Positions 29,151 to 36,896 of a stretch of DNA of 64,000 bases are shown here, in pieces. Location of the stretch: positions 96,001 through 160,000 of the forward strand of contig JBOEGF010000006.1 of NCBI GenBank assembly GCA_050633305.1, read 5' to 3'. A program made the translations under genes and the position numbers. Each line of letters opens with the position of its first letter. Positions within the stretch are counted from its first letter, which is position 1. The DNA comes from Nannocystales bacterium (GTDB lineage: Bacteria; Myxococcota_A; Polyangia; Nannocystales; Nannocystaceae). The notes below the pieces were generated by a model. It saw only the letters and a program-made list of their open reading frames with translations, searched no databases and had not been told where the DNA came from.

Positions 29151-29179
29151 CGGCCATTCGGCCATTCGGCCATTCGGCC
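29151..29179. repeat. 8-bp tandem repeat (cggccatt) x3.6
   Basis: cggccattcggccattcggccattcggcc read directly. Confidence 0.9.
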
Positions 29180-29204
29180 TCAACCATGCACCACTGCCGC
29201 TTCT

Positions 29205-29434
29205 CGGCCGCCGAAGGCGGCACGGCCCGCACCGCGGGCCTCGTTTGGGGTGAAGCGGAGGCGGCTTCGCCGCCGCAGCGAGGGGCCTTTCCGAAAGGCC
29301 CCTCCGAGATTAGCCCAGAACGCCTCGCCTTCGCGGCCGCCGAAGGCGGCACGGCCCGCACCGCGGGCCTCGTTTGGGGTGAAGCGGAGGCGGCTTCGCC
29401 GCCGCAGCGAGGGGCCTTTCCGAAAGGCCCCTCC
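29205..29434. repeat. Two identical 101-bp multi-hairpin direct repeats (29205-29305, 29334-29434)
   Basis: Copies identical by eye, 28-bp spacer; each contains four short inverted repeats. Confidence 0.92.
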
Positions 29435-29438
29435 AAAA

Positions 29439-29981
29439 CTAAAACGCTTCGCCGACGGTGCCACGGTACGTGTGCACGAAGTCGATCTCGGGCGGAGGAT
29501 CGAACTCCCACTCGGTGACCGACGTCTCGATGCAGGACTTCATCGAAGCGCTGTCGAGTTCGCCCGCGTCGGCGCCCTTTGCGGTCTGCTTGCGCGTCTC
29601 GATCTGAAGCACCTTGCCCTGAGAGGTTTGCCCGGCGGTGTTGATCGTGAACTCCACCAAGAAGGCGGAGCGCACGAAACGACTCTCAGCGGAACTCATC
29701 TCATCCTCGAGGCACCGCTCGATGTCGGTGAGGTACACGGTGAGAATCGTGTCGTCGATGTTCTGGAGCACCTCGGGGCTGATGCCCTTGCCCTGGTCGT
29801 CGTAGTCCTTGCTGCGATCGGCCGTGACGATGTCCCCCTCGTAGTCGTTGTTGCCCGCGCCGCGATAGCCGGCTGCAACGTCGGGGTTGTCGCTGTCCTG
29901 TTGTTTCTTGCAGCCCGAGAGCCCGAGCCCAAGGCCCAGGACGAGAAGCGCTGCGACCTTGCTTGTGTTGCCGTGTTTCAT
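29439..29981 (-). CDS. Lipoprotein with AgmX/PglI-type (TonB-C-like) C-terminal domain
   Basis: GLGLSGC lipobox; IERCLE…FLVEFTINTAG…MKSCIETSVTEWEFDPP pattern. Confidence 0.72.
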   Translation of the reverse strand: MKHGNTSKVAALLVLGLGLGLSGCKKQQDSDNPDVAAGYRGAGNNDYEGDIVTADRSKDYDDQGKGISPEVLQNIDDTILTVYLTDIERCLEDEMSSAESRFVRSAFLVEFTINTAGQTSQGKVLQIETRKQTAKGADAGELDSASMKSCIETSVTEWEFDPPPEIDFVHTYRGTVGEAF

Positions 29982-30045
29982 GCTGCGGTCTCCTGTGCAG
30001 AGTGTACCGGGCGAACGGGTCTGGGCTCAGCCAACTCGGCCTCCC

Positions 30046-31188
30046 CTAGCCTTTCATCAGGCTGGCCGCGATGACCAGACGCTGAATCTCGCTCGTTCCC
30101 TCGTAGATCTCGGTGATCTTTGCGTCACGGAAGGCACGTTCGACGGGGTACTCGGTGACGTACCCGTTGCCGCCGTGAACCTGAATCGCGTCCTTGGCGA
30201 CCTTGTTTGCCGTCTCGGACGCGTGGAGCTTGGCCATGGCCGACTCCTTGCTGTGGCGACGCCCCTGCATCTTGGCCATCGCGGCGCGCAACGTCAGCAG
30301 ACGCGAGGCCTCGATCTGCGTCTCCATGTCGGCCAGCATGAAGGCGACTGCCTGGTGTTCGATGATGCGTTTGCCGAAGGTCCGACGGTCGCAGGCGTAG
30401 GACGCCGCCGCTTCGAAGGCACCTTGCGCGATGCCCAGCGCCTGAGCAGCGATGCCGATCCGGCCGGCGTCGAGTGTTCCCATGGCGACCTTGAAGCCGT
30501 CGCCTTCCTTGCCCAACCGCTGGTTCTCGTGGACGCGGTGGCCCTCGAAAAAGATCTGGCAGGAGTGACTGCCCCGAATCCCCAGCTTGTCGTCCTTGGG
30601 GCCGCGGGTGATGCCCTCGGCGTTCATGTCGATGACGAACGCTGAGATGCCGCGGTGCCCCAACGACTTGTCGTGCATGCAGATCAGGATCCCGGTATCG
30701 GCCTGCGGCCCGTTGGTGATCCAGTTCTTCACGCCCTCGATGACGTAGTGGTCCCCATCGCGAACGGCCACGGTCTGCTGCGCCGCGGCGTCGGAGCCCG
30801 CCTCGGGCTCGCTGAGCATGAAACACCCGAGCTTCTCGCCCGAGGCCAGCGGCGTGAGCCACTGGGTTTTCTGCTCCTCGTTGGCCCACTTCATCAGCGG
30901 CTCGCACACCAGCGAGTTGTTCACGGACATGATGACGCCCGTCGAAGCGCACGCAGCCGAGATGGTCTCCATCGCCAGCACGTACGAGATGGTGTCGAGC
31001 TCGCTGCCGCCATAGTCGACGGGGACCTCGATCCCCATCAGCCCAAGCTCGCCCATCTGCGCGACGAGTTCCTTGGGGAACCGGGCGTTCTTGTCGAGTT
31101 CGTGCGCGACCGGCTTGATCTCGCGCTCGGCAAACTCGCGACACGTCGTCACGAGCGCTTCTTGTTCTTCGGTCAGGGAAAGATCCAT
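30046..31188 (-). CDS. Short-chain acyl-CoA (butyryl-CoA-type) dehydrogenase
   Basis: ATG 31188; FMLSEPEAGSD, KNWITNG, KLGIRGS, RRTFGK, QVHGGNGY, IYEGTSEIQR all intact. Confidence 0.95.
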   Translation of the reverse strand: MDLSLTEEQEALVTTCREFAEREIKPVAHELDKNARFPKELVAQMGELGLMGIEVPVDYGGSELDTISYVLAMETISAACASTGVIMSVNNSLVCEPLMKWANEEQKTQWLTPLASGEKLGCFMLSEPEAGSDAAAQQTVAVRDGDHYVIEGVKNWITNGPQADTGILICMHDKSLGHRGISAFVIDMNAEGITRGPKDDKLGIRGSHSCQIFFEGHRVHENQRLGKEGDGFKVAMGTLDAGRIGIAAQALGIAQGAFEAAASYACDRRTFGKRIIEHQAVAFMLADMETQIEASRLLTLRAAMAKMQGRRHSKESAMAKLHASETANKVAKDAIQVHGGNGYVTEYPVERAFRDAKITEIYEGTSEIQRLVIAASLMKG

Positions 31189-31208
31189 CAGAGGTTCGTT
31201 TCGTCCGT

Positions 31209-31994
31209 TTACTCGCCCTTGAAGTCGGCCGCCCGCTTCGCCATGAACGCGGCCATGCCCTCTTTTTGGTCGGCGCTCGCGAACAGGCTCGCGAATGCGG
31301 TCTGCTCTTGGAGGTTCGCGTCGTCGAGCGACTTGTTGGCGCCCTCGTGAATCACTTCCTTCACCTTCGCGATGGCCAGCGGACCCATGCTCGCGATGGT
31401 CGTCGCCGTCTTGACCGCCGTGTCGAGTAGCTGCTCGTTTTCGACGACCTTGTTGACCAACCCGATGCGCAGGGCCTCCGCCGCGTCGATCATCTCGCCG
31501 GTCATGCACAGCTCGAGCGCACGGGCGATGCCCACCCGGCGAAGCATTCGCTGGGTTCCGCCGAAGCCAGGAATGACGCCCAGCTTGACCTCCGGCTGAC
31601 CGAAGCGAGCCGTGGTCGAGGCGTAGATGAAGTCGCAGGCCAGCGCCAGCTCGCAACCACCACCGAGCGCAAAGCCGTTGACGGCCGCGATGACCGGAAT
31701 CCCGATCGCGTTGAGTTCTTCGCCCAGCGCATGTCCTTGTCCCGCAAACGCGAGCGCCTCGCCGGGGTTCATGTCGGACATCGACTTGATGTCCGCGCCC
31801 GCGACAAAGGCTTTCTCACCGCCGCCGGTGAGCACCAGCGCGCGCACGGAGTCGGAGATGGCGGTCTCTTCGACCACCTCGGTGAGTTCGGCGACGACCT
31901 GCGCGTTGAGGGCGTTGAGGGCCTTGGGACGATTGATCGTGATGACCCGGACGGGCCCGCGATCCTCGACGAGAAGGGTTTCGTAGGTGCTCAT
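31209..31994 (-). CDS. Enoyl-CoA hydratase (crotonase)
   Basis: ATG 31994; NRPKALNALN, AFVAGADI, AVNGFALGGGCELA, GQPEVKLGVIPGFGGTQR. Confidence 0.95.
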   Translation of the reverse strand: MSTYETLLVEDRGPVRVITINRPKALNALNAQVVAELTEVVEETAISDSVRALVLTGGGEKAFVAGADIKSMSDMNPGEALAFAGQGHALGEELNAIGIPVIAAVNGFALGGGCELALACDFIYASTTARFGQPEVKLGVIPGFGGTQRMLRRVGIARALELCMTGEMIDAAEALRIGLVNKVVENEQLLDTAVKTATTIASMGPLAIAKVKEVIHEGANKSLDDANLQEQTAFASLFASADQKEGMAAFMAKRAADFKGE

Positions 31995-32001
31995 CGTGGG
32001 C

Positions 32002-32868
32002 TTACTTCTTGCTGTAATCGTAGAAGCCGCGGCCGGTCTTGCGGCCATGCCATCCGGCAGCGACGTGCATGCGAAGCACGTTGGCGGCCCGGTACTTGTC
32101 GTCACCGAGTTCTTTGTGCAGCACGTCGGCGATCGCGAGGCACGTATCGAGGCCGATGAGATCGGCCAGCGCGAGCGGGCCCATCGGGTGGTTGAGTCCC
32201 AGCTTGATGCCCGTGTCGATGTCCTCGGCCGTGCCCAGGTTCTCTTGGAGCGCGAAACAAGCCTCGTTGATCAACGGGATGAGGATTCGGTTGACGATGA
32301 ACCCTGGGCTGTCGAGCGAGGTGACGACCGTCTTCCCTAGCGCTTCGGCCAAGTCCTTGGTTGCCTCGTAGGTCGCGTCCGAGGTCGGCAGACCGCGAAT
32401 CAGCTCCACGAGCTTCATGACCGGCACGGGGTTCATGAAGTGCATGCCCACGACCTTCTCAGGGCGAGACGTCTCGGCGCCGAGCAACGTGATGCTGATC
32501 GAGCTGGTGTTCGAGGCGATGATCGCCTCGGGTCCGCAGGCCTCATCGAGACCCCTCATCAGCTTCTTCTTCAGCTCGATGTTCTCGGTGGCCGCTTCGA
32601 TTGCGATCTCCACCTCGCCAAAATCCGCGACGGAGTCCACGGGCTCGATCCGGTCCAGGACCGCATCTCGCTCTTCGGCAGTCATCCGCCCCTTCTCGAC
32701 CGAACGACCCAGGACCTTGGCGATCTTCGCCTTGCCGGCTTCGGCATGGGCCTTGTCCATGTCGGCGAGCAGAACCTTGCGTCCGCTCTGGGCGACGACT
32801 TGGGCGATGCCACCGCCCATCTGGCCGGACCCGAGCACGCCTACGAGTTTGATCTTGCGCTCGGCCAT
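32002..32868 (-). CDS. hbd: 3-hydroxybutyryl-CoA dehydrogenase
   Basis: [45 protein letters not shown]. Confidence 0.93.
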   Translation of the reverse strand: MAERKIKLVGVLGSGQMGGGIAQVVAQSGRKVLLADMDKAHAEAGKAKIAKVLGRSVEKGRMTAEERDAVLDRIEPVDSVADFGEVEIAIEAATENIELKKKLMRGLDEACGPEAIIASNTSSISITLLGAETSRPEKVVGMHFMNPVPVMKLVELIRGLPTSDATYEATKDLAEALGKTVVTSLDSPGFIVNRILIPLINEACFALQENLGTAEDIDTGIKLGLNHPMGPLALADLIGLDTCLAIADVLHKELGDDKYRAANVLRMHVAAGWHGRKTGRGFYDYSKK

Positions 32869-34049
32869 CAGAGCATCTCCACCATCATCGCGAGGCCTTC
32901 ACCGCCGCCGAGGCAGATCGCAGCCATGCCGCGTTTCTTGCCGGTGCCCTGAAGGGCGTACAGCAGGGTGGTGAGAATGCGAGCACCCGAGCAACCGATC
33001 GGGTGACCGAGCGCCACCGCGCCACCGCGGACGTTGATGCGGTCGTCGGCGATGCCGATCTCATCCTGGTTGGCCAGCGAGACCACGGCAAAGGCTTCGT
33101 TGATCTCCCAGAGGTCGACGTCGTCCGCCTTCAGCCCGGTCTTGTCGAGGACCTTGGCGACGGCCTTGGCCGGCGCGGTCGTGAACCACTCGGGTGCCTG
33201 GGCAGCGTTGTCGTAGGCGACGATCTTGGCCAGCGGCTTGAGTCCGCGCTTGTCGGCCTCGTCCTTGCTCATCACCACGAGCGCGGCACCGCCGTCGTTG
33301 ACGGCCGGAGCGTTGGCGGCGGTGATCGTGCCGTCCTTCTTGAACGCGGAGCGCAGCTTGGGGATCTTGTCGAGCTTGGCGCGGCCCGGCTCTTCGTCCG
33401 TGTCGACCACGACCGGATCACCTTTGCGCTGCGGGACTTCAACCGAGACGATCTCCCCCTTGAAGTGGCCCTCGTCGATCGATTGCTGCGCACGCTTGTA
33501 GCTGGTGATCGCCCACGCGTCTTGACGCTCTCGGTCGATCTTCCGCTCCGTCGCGCAGAGCTCGCCCGAGATCCCCATGTGGTGGTCGCCGTAGGGGTCC
33601 CACAGGCCGTCGTGGATCATCCCATCGACGACCTCGCCGTTGCCCATCCGGTATCCGGTCCGGGCCTTGGGCAGGTAGTACGGCGCGTTGGACATCGACT
33701 CCATCCCACCGGCCACGGCAACCTCAGCGTCGCCAGCCTTGATGGATTGTGCCGCCTGAATCACCGCCATCAGTCCACTGCCGCAGACCTTGTTGAGCGT
33801 GACGCAGCCGACGGAGTCGGGCACGCCGGCACCCAGCGAAGCCTGACGTGCGGGCGCTTGGCCGACACCCGCGGGCAAGACGCACCCCATGTACACCTGG
33901 TCGACATCGGCCCCTTCGACCGACGCCCGGGACAGGGCCTCCTTGATGGCGGTGGCACCGAGCTTGGGTGCGGGAACAGAGGCGAACACTCCACCGAAGC
34001 TCCCAATGGGGGTTCGGGCGGCGCTGACGATCACGACTTCACGAGACAT
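32868..34049 (-). CDS. Acetyl-CoA C-acetyltransferase (thiolase)
   Basis: ATG 34049; [38 protein letters not shown]. Confidence 0.95.
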   Translation of the reverse strand: MSREVVIVSAARTPIGSFGGVFASVPAPKLGATAIKEALSRASVEGADVDQVYMGCVLPAGVGQAPARQASLGAGVPDSVGCVTLNKVCGSGLMAVIQAAQSIKAGDAEVAVAGGMESMSNAPYYLPKARTGYRMGNGEVVDGMIHDGLWDPYGDHHMGISGELCATERKIDRERQDAWAITSYKRAQQSIDEGHFKGEIVSVEVPQRKGDPVVVDTDEEPGRAKLDKIPKLRSAFKKDGTITAANAPAVNDGGAALVVMSKDEADKRGLKPLAKIVAYDNAAQAPEWFTTAPAKAVAKVLDKTGLKADDVDLWEINEAFAVVSLANQDEIGIADDRINVRGGAVALGHPIGCSGARILTTLLYALQGTGKKRGMAAICLGGGEGLAMMVEML

Positions 34050-34609
34050 CGAAACAGACCTTGTTTGAGAGGCCACGGGCACCGTCGTGGTGCCTCGCAG
34101 CGGGGACGTTCAAAAGCGGCAGAGCGCGCCGCGAGAGGGCGGCGCAGGGGTCTCCGACACCAGGTGACGCCCTAACATGGCGCCCCGTCCGGCTCCAGGA
34201 GTTGTCGCACTTCGAGCGCTCAGAAGCGACCAGAGACCGCCAGACCGACCTGCGAAGCCGCCGTGGTCGGCGCAACCGACCACCGACGAGCCCCTCGACG
34301 GTACCCGATGGCGAACGTCGCAGGTTGAGGCCTGCCCCTGCCACCACGAAGCCAACCGTGTGGGCAGCGAACGACGTCGCGACGGCACACCCAGTCGAGA
34401 AACAGGCCCGTGGCACGAACTCGGCCGCCACCATCACCGCCGCGCCCACCCCGAAGAGGTCCACCCCAGCGCCGGCCTCAACCGGACGCGGCGCGCCTGC
34501 CAGCCCCACAGCTGACCGAGCTGCTCACTGCCGTGTCCCACCACCGCGATCCCGGCGATCTCGAATGCCCCACCGAGCGCGAGCAATCCCCGCCCGTCCA
34601 ATTCCTGAC

Positions 34610-34638
34610 TTGACGAGCCGGCCGGGGAATCGCATAAC
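34610..34638 (+). promoter_or_regulatory. sigma70-type promoter of tRNA-Met
   Basis: TTGACG-N17-CATAAC, 26 nt upstream of the tRNA. Confidence 0.65.
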
Positions 34639-34664
34639 TCGCGTCCGCAATCGCGGTACCCAAC

Positions 34665-34738
<74 letters not shown>

Positions 34739-34741
34739 CCG

Positions 34742-34775
34742 AAAGAGCGCATTTCCTAGTGCGCTCTTTTTCTTT
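34742..34775 (+). terminator. Intrinsic terminator after tRNA
   Basis: aaagagcgca-tttcctag-tgcgctcttt followed by a T-tract. Confidence 0.85.
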
Positions 34776-34924
34776 GGTTCGCCCCACACGTTCGCGCCGA
34801 CCGCGGACCGGTCGAGACGCGCACCGCAGCAGTGGCGCCCGCCCCCTGTCCTCATCAAGGCGCGCGGCCCCGCAGCCTACGGCCCGCCGCCGTGGCTCCG
34901 GAAGGCACTCGGGGCAGGGGCCGG

Positions 34925-35347
34925 TCAGGTGGGCGCCGAGAGGCACTCGGGGCAGGTGCCGCGCAGCTGCAGTGTCGCGCCGCGAACGGAACTCGACCAC
35001 GGTCCATCGATCTGGATGGACGTGGTGAGCTCGCGCGGCAGGCAGGCGAGCCGGCCGCAGTCTTCGCAGACGAAGTGCGCGTGCGCGTGCGCTTCTTCGG
35101 ACGCCAGAGCATAGCAATCCGTGCCCTCGACCCGACTGACGATCCGCGCGAGCCCCGACTCCCGCAGCTTGACGAGGTTGCGATAGACGGTCGTGCGTTC
35201 CCAATCCGTCTCGCCGAGGCGCTCGAAGACCTGACGACAGGACAGCGGGTCCTCTGCGCCGGACAGAATGCGCATCACGGCGAGGCGGGGCCCGGTCGCC
35301 CGGAGTCCGCGCGTTCGCAGGCGCTCGCGCGCTTCGCCTCGTGTCAT
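34925..35347 (-). CDS. Fur-family metal-responsive regulator
   Basis: GLRATGPRLAVM, TTVYRNL..L.ESGL, HAHAHFVCEDCG, GTCPEC; start ATG 35347 or a GTG a few codons upstream. Confidence 0.92.
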   Translation of the reverse strand: MTRGEARERLRTRGLRATGPRLAVMRILSGAEDPLSCRQVFERLGETDWERTTVYRNLVKLRESGLARIVSRVEGTDCYALASEEAHAHAHFVCEDCGRLACLPRELTTSIQIDGPWSSSVRGATLQLRGTCPECLSAPT

Positions 35348-35408
35348 TTCTTGGGGCACGACAGCACCCTCGGACTGCGGTCGCGTGGCGTGGGTTCTTC
35401 GCATCCTG

Positions 35409-35963
35409 TCATCCTGCGCACGGGCACGCCGCGCACTCGCGAACACTCGAGACACCGCAGTGTTCCTGCAAACGCGTCGCGAGCACCCGCCGAGCGCGGT
35501 GAAGCCGAACGGTGGCGTTGTTGGTCGAGATGCCGAGCGCTTTCGCGGCTTCGGCCACGGAAGCGTCGCCGAGGTCGACGAGTTGGAGAATCGAGGCGTA
35601 GCTGTCCTTGATGCCCTCGGCGAGCACCAAGCTACAGCCGCAGCCCGGATCGTCAGCGAGGGGCTGCTCCTCGACTCGTTGAAGGTGTGAAGCGACCTTC
35701 AGCGCCCGACGCTCGCTCCCCTGCCTGCGGATGGCATCGGCGATCGCGTTTCGGTGAACACGGAACAACCACGCATCCAAGCGACCCGGGTCGCGTAGGG
35801 TCTCGGCGCGCTCGAGCGCACGAACGGCTGCGGTCTGGAGGACGTCGTCAACCAGACTGCCATCAACCCTGCGAGCGACAAACGCCGCAAGGCTTCTGTG
35901 CAGCCGCCGCAGGCCGCTGGAGACGAGTTCAACGCTCGCCCGAGCTGTCGAGTCCGCTCTCAA
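35409..35963 (-). CDS. ECF sigma factor with CxC linker and Cys-rich C-terminus (CorE/SigZ-like)
   Basis: sigma2 DDVLQ…AWLFRVHRNAIAD; linker GCGC; sigma4 AKALGISTNNATVRLHRARR; tail HCGVSSVRECAACPC. Start reassigned to TTG 35963, 4 nt after the upstream small gene. Confidence 0.88.
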   Translation of the reverse strand: MRADSTARASVELVSSGLRRLHRSLAAFVARRVDGSLVDDVLQTAAVRALERAETLRDPGRLDAWLFRVHRNAIADAIRRQGSERRALKVASHLQRVEEQPLADDPGCGCSLVLAEGIKDSYASILQLVDLGDASVAEAAKALGISTNNATVRLHRARRVLATRLQEHCGVSSVRECAACPCAG

Positions 35964-35967
35964 GGGG

Positions 35968-36129
35968 TCAGCGTTGCTTGGGTGGACAGCCGCAGGTTGG
36001 ACCACATTCGCACGACCCGGCGCAGGTGCAGCGCGGCCCGCAACAGCAGTTGGGCTGCTCGGGTTCTCGACGCTCGCAGGAGCAACGGTTGGTACAGCGG
36101 TCACAAGCACAGATTTGGTTCGGTTTCAT
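35968..36129 (-). CDS. Metallothionein-like protein (53 aa, 14 Cys)
   Basis: Manual translation: MKPNQICACDRCTNRCSCERREPEQPNCCCGPRCTCAGSCECGPTCGCPPKQR*; AGGAG 4 nt upstream of ATG; below the ORF-track length cutoff. Confidence 0.85.
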   Translation of the reverse strand: MKPNQICACDRCTNRCSCERREPEQPNCCCGPRCTCAGSCECGPTCGCPPKQR

Positions 36130-36179
36130 GGGGCTCCTGGCGGTGGCGAACTTGGGTTCTCAGCTCGCTCGTTCAGGCT

Positions 36180-36206
36180 GACGCTCGACCCGTCGCGATT
36201 CTTACA
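36180..36206 (-). promoter_or_regulatory. Putative ECF-type promoter for the MT-ECF-Fur operon
   Basis: Minus strand TGTAAG-N17-CGTC, 50 nt upstream of the MT ATG; CGT in the -10 is a common ECF signature. Confidence 0.55.
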
Positions 36207-36271
36207 GTTCGGGTTCCCTGCCGGCGCCCCGGTGTTGCAAAACGTCGGCATATGACTATAACTTGCAGCAC

Positions 36272-36712
36272 GTGACCGCGCCATCGGCCCCTCGGGTCCC
36301 CCCCCAGCTCGACCGCCTCGGGCTTGTGGCGAGCACCGCATGTGCGCTCCATTGCGCGGCGACAGCTCTGGTCCCGACCGTCCTTGCCCTGCTCGGCGCC
36401 TCCGCCCTGCTCGACCATGAAGCGGAGTGGGTCTTCACGGTCCTGGCGGTCGGTGTCGCCAGCCTTGCGCTCGCCCTCGGGTGGCGCAGGCATGGCGCCA
36501 GCATGGCGACACTGGCACTGAGCCTGGGCATTGTCGGGCTGCTGTGCGCACGGGTGCTCGAGGAGGGTGGGCACGGGCATGGCCTTGGGCTCGCCGTCAG
36601 CCTCTTGTCGGGCGGTGCACTCGTCACGGGGCACATCCTCAACCTCCGGCGAACCCCCGCGGCGGCGCCCGAACCCGAGTCGGCACCTGAGCCGTGCTGC
36701 GTGCCCGAGTGA
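36272..36712 (+). CDS. MerC-family membrane protein
   Basis: LDRLGLVASTACALHCAATAL.P, HEAEW, GWRRHG, LVTGHILNLR; 4 TM; C-terminal PCC. Start GTG 36272 or TTG 36263. Confidence 0.88.
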   Translation: MTAPSAPRVPPQLDRLGLVASTACALHCAATALVPTVLALLGASALLDHEAEWVFTVLAVGVASLALALGWRRHGASMATLALSLGIVGLLCARVLEEGGHGHGLGLAVSLLSGGALVTGHILNLRRTPAAAPEPESAPEPCCVPE

Positions 36713-36840
36713 AAGCTCCGTCGGGTACGTGAGACGCCCGACGCGCGCTCGGTGGTCGCCCTAGGCAGGCCGCCGTCGACCTCCGCACGAGACGCGCGTC
36801 TGCCGCCTAGGGCAGGCCGGTGCGCGTCGATACGCAGATG

Positions 36841-36881
36841 ATATGCAACACAAATCGAGTTGCATATGCCACCTGCTTGCA
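36841..36881 (+). promoter_or_regulatory. Palindromic operator-like region upstream of the His-rich lipoprotein
   Basis: ATATGCAAC-N9-GTTGCATAT (36841-36867), overlapping GCATATG-N7-CTTGCA (36862-36881). Confidence 0.6.
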
Positions 36882-36896
36882 TTAGAGACGTCGATC

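Noticed and set aside
29205..29434. CRISPR interpretation of the direct repeat
   Set aside because: Only two units, 101 bp long with a 28-bp spacer, and no cas genes.
34039..34600. ORFs between thiolase and tRNA (34039-34509 minus, 34177-34515 plus)
   Set aside because: No recognisable motif or RBS; a short hydrophobic stretch may be a decayed gene but I cannot support it.
35964..36110. N-terminal extension of the ECF sigma as in the ORF track
   Set aside because: Better explained as the off-frame reading of the RBS-bearing Cys-rich small gene.
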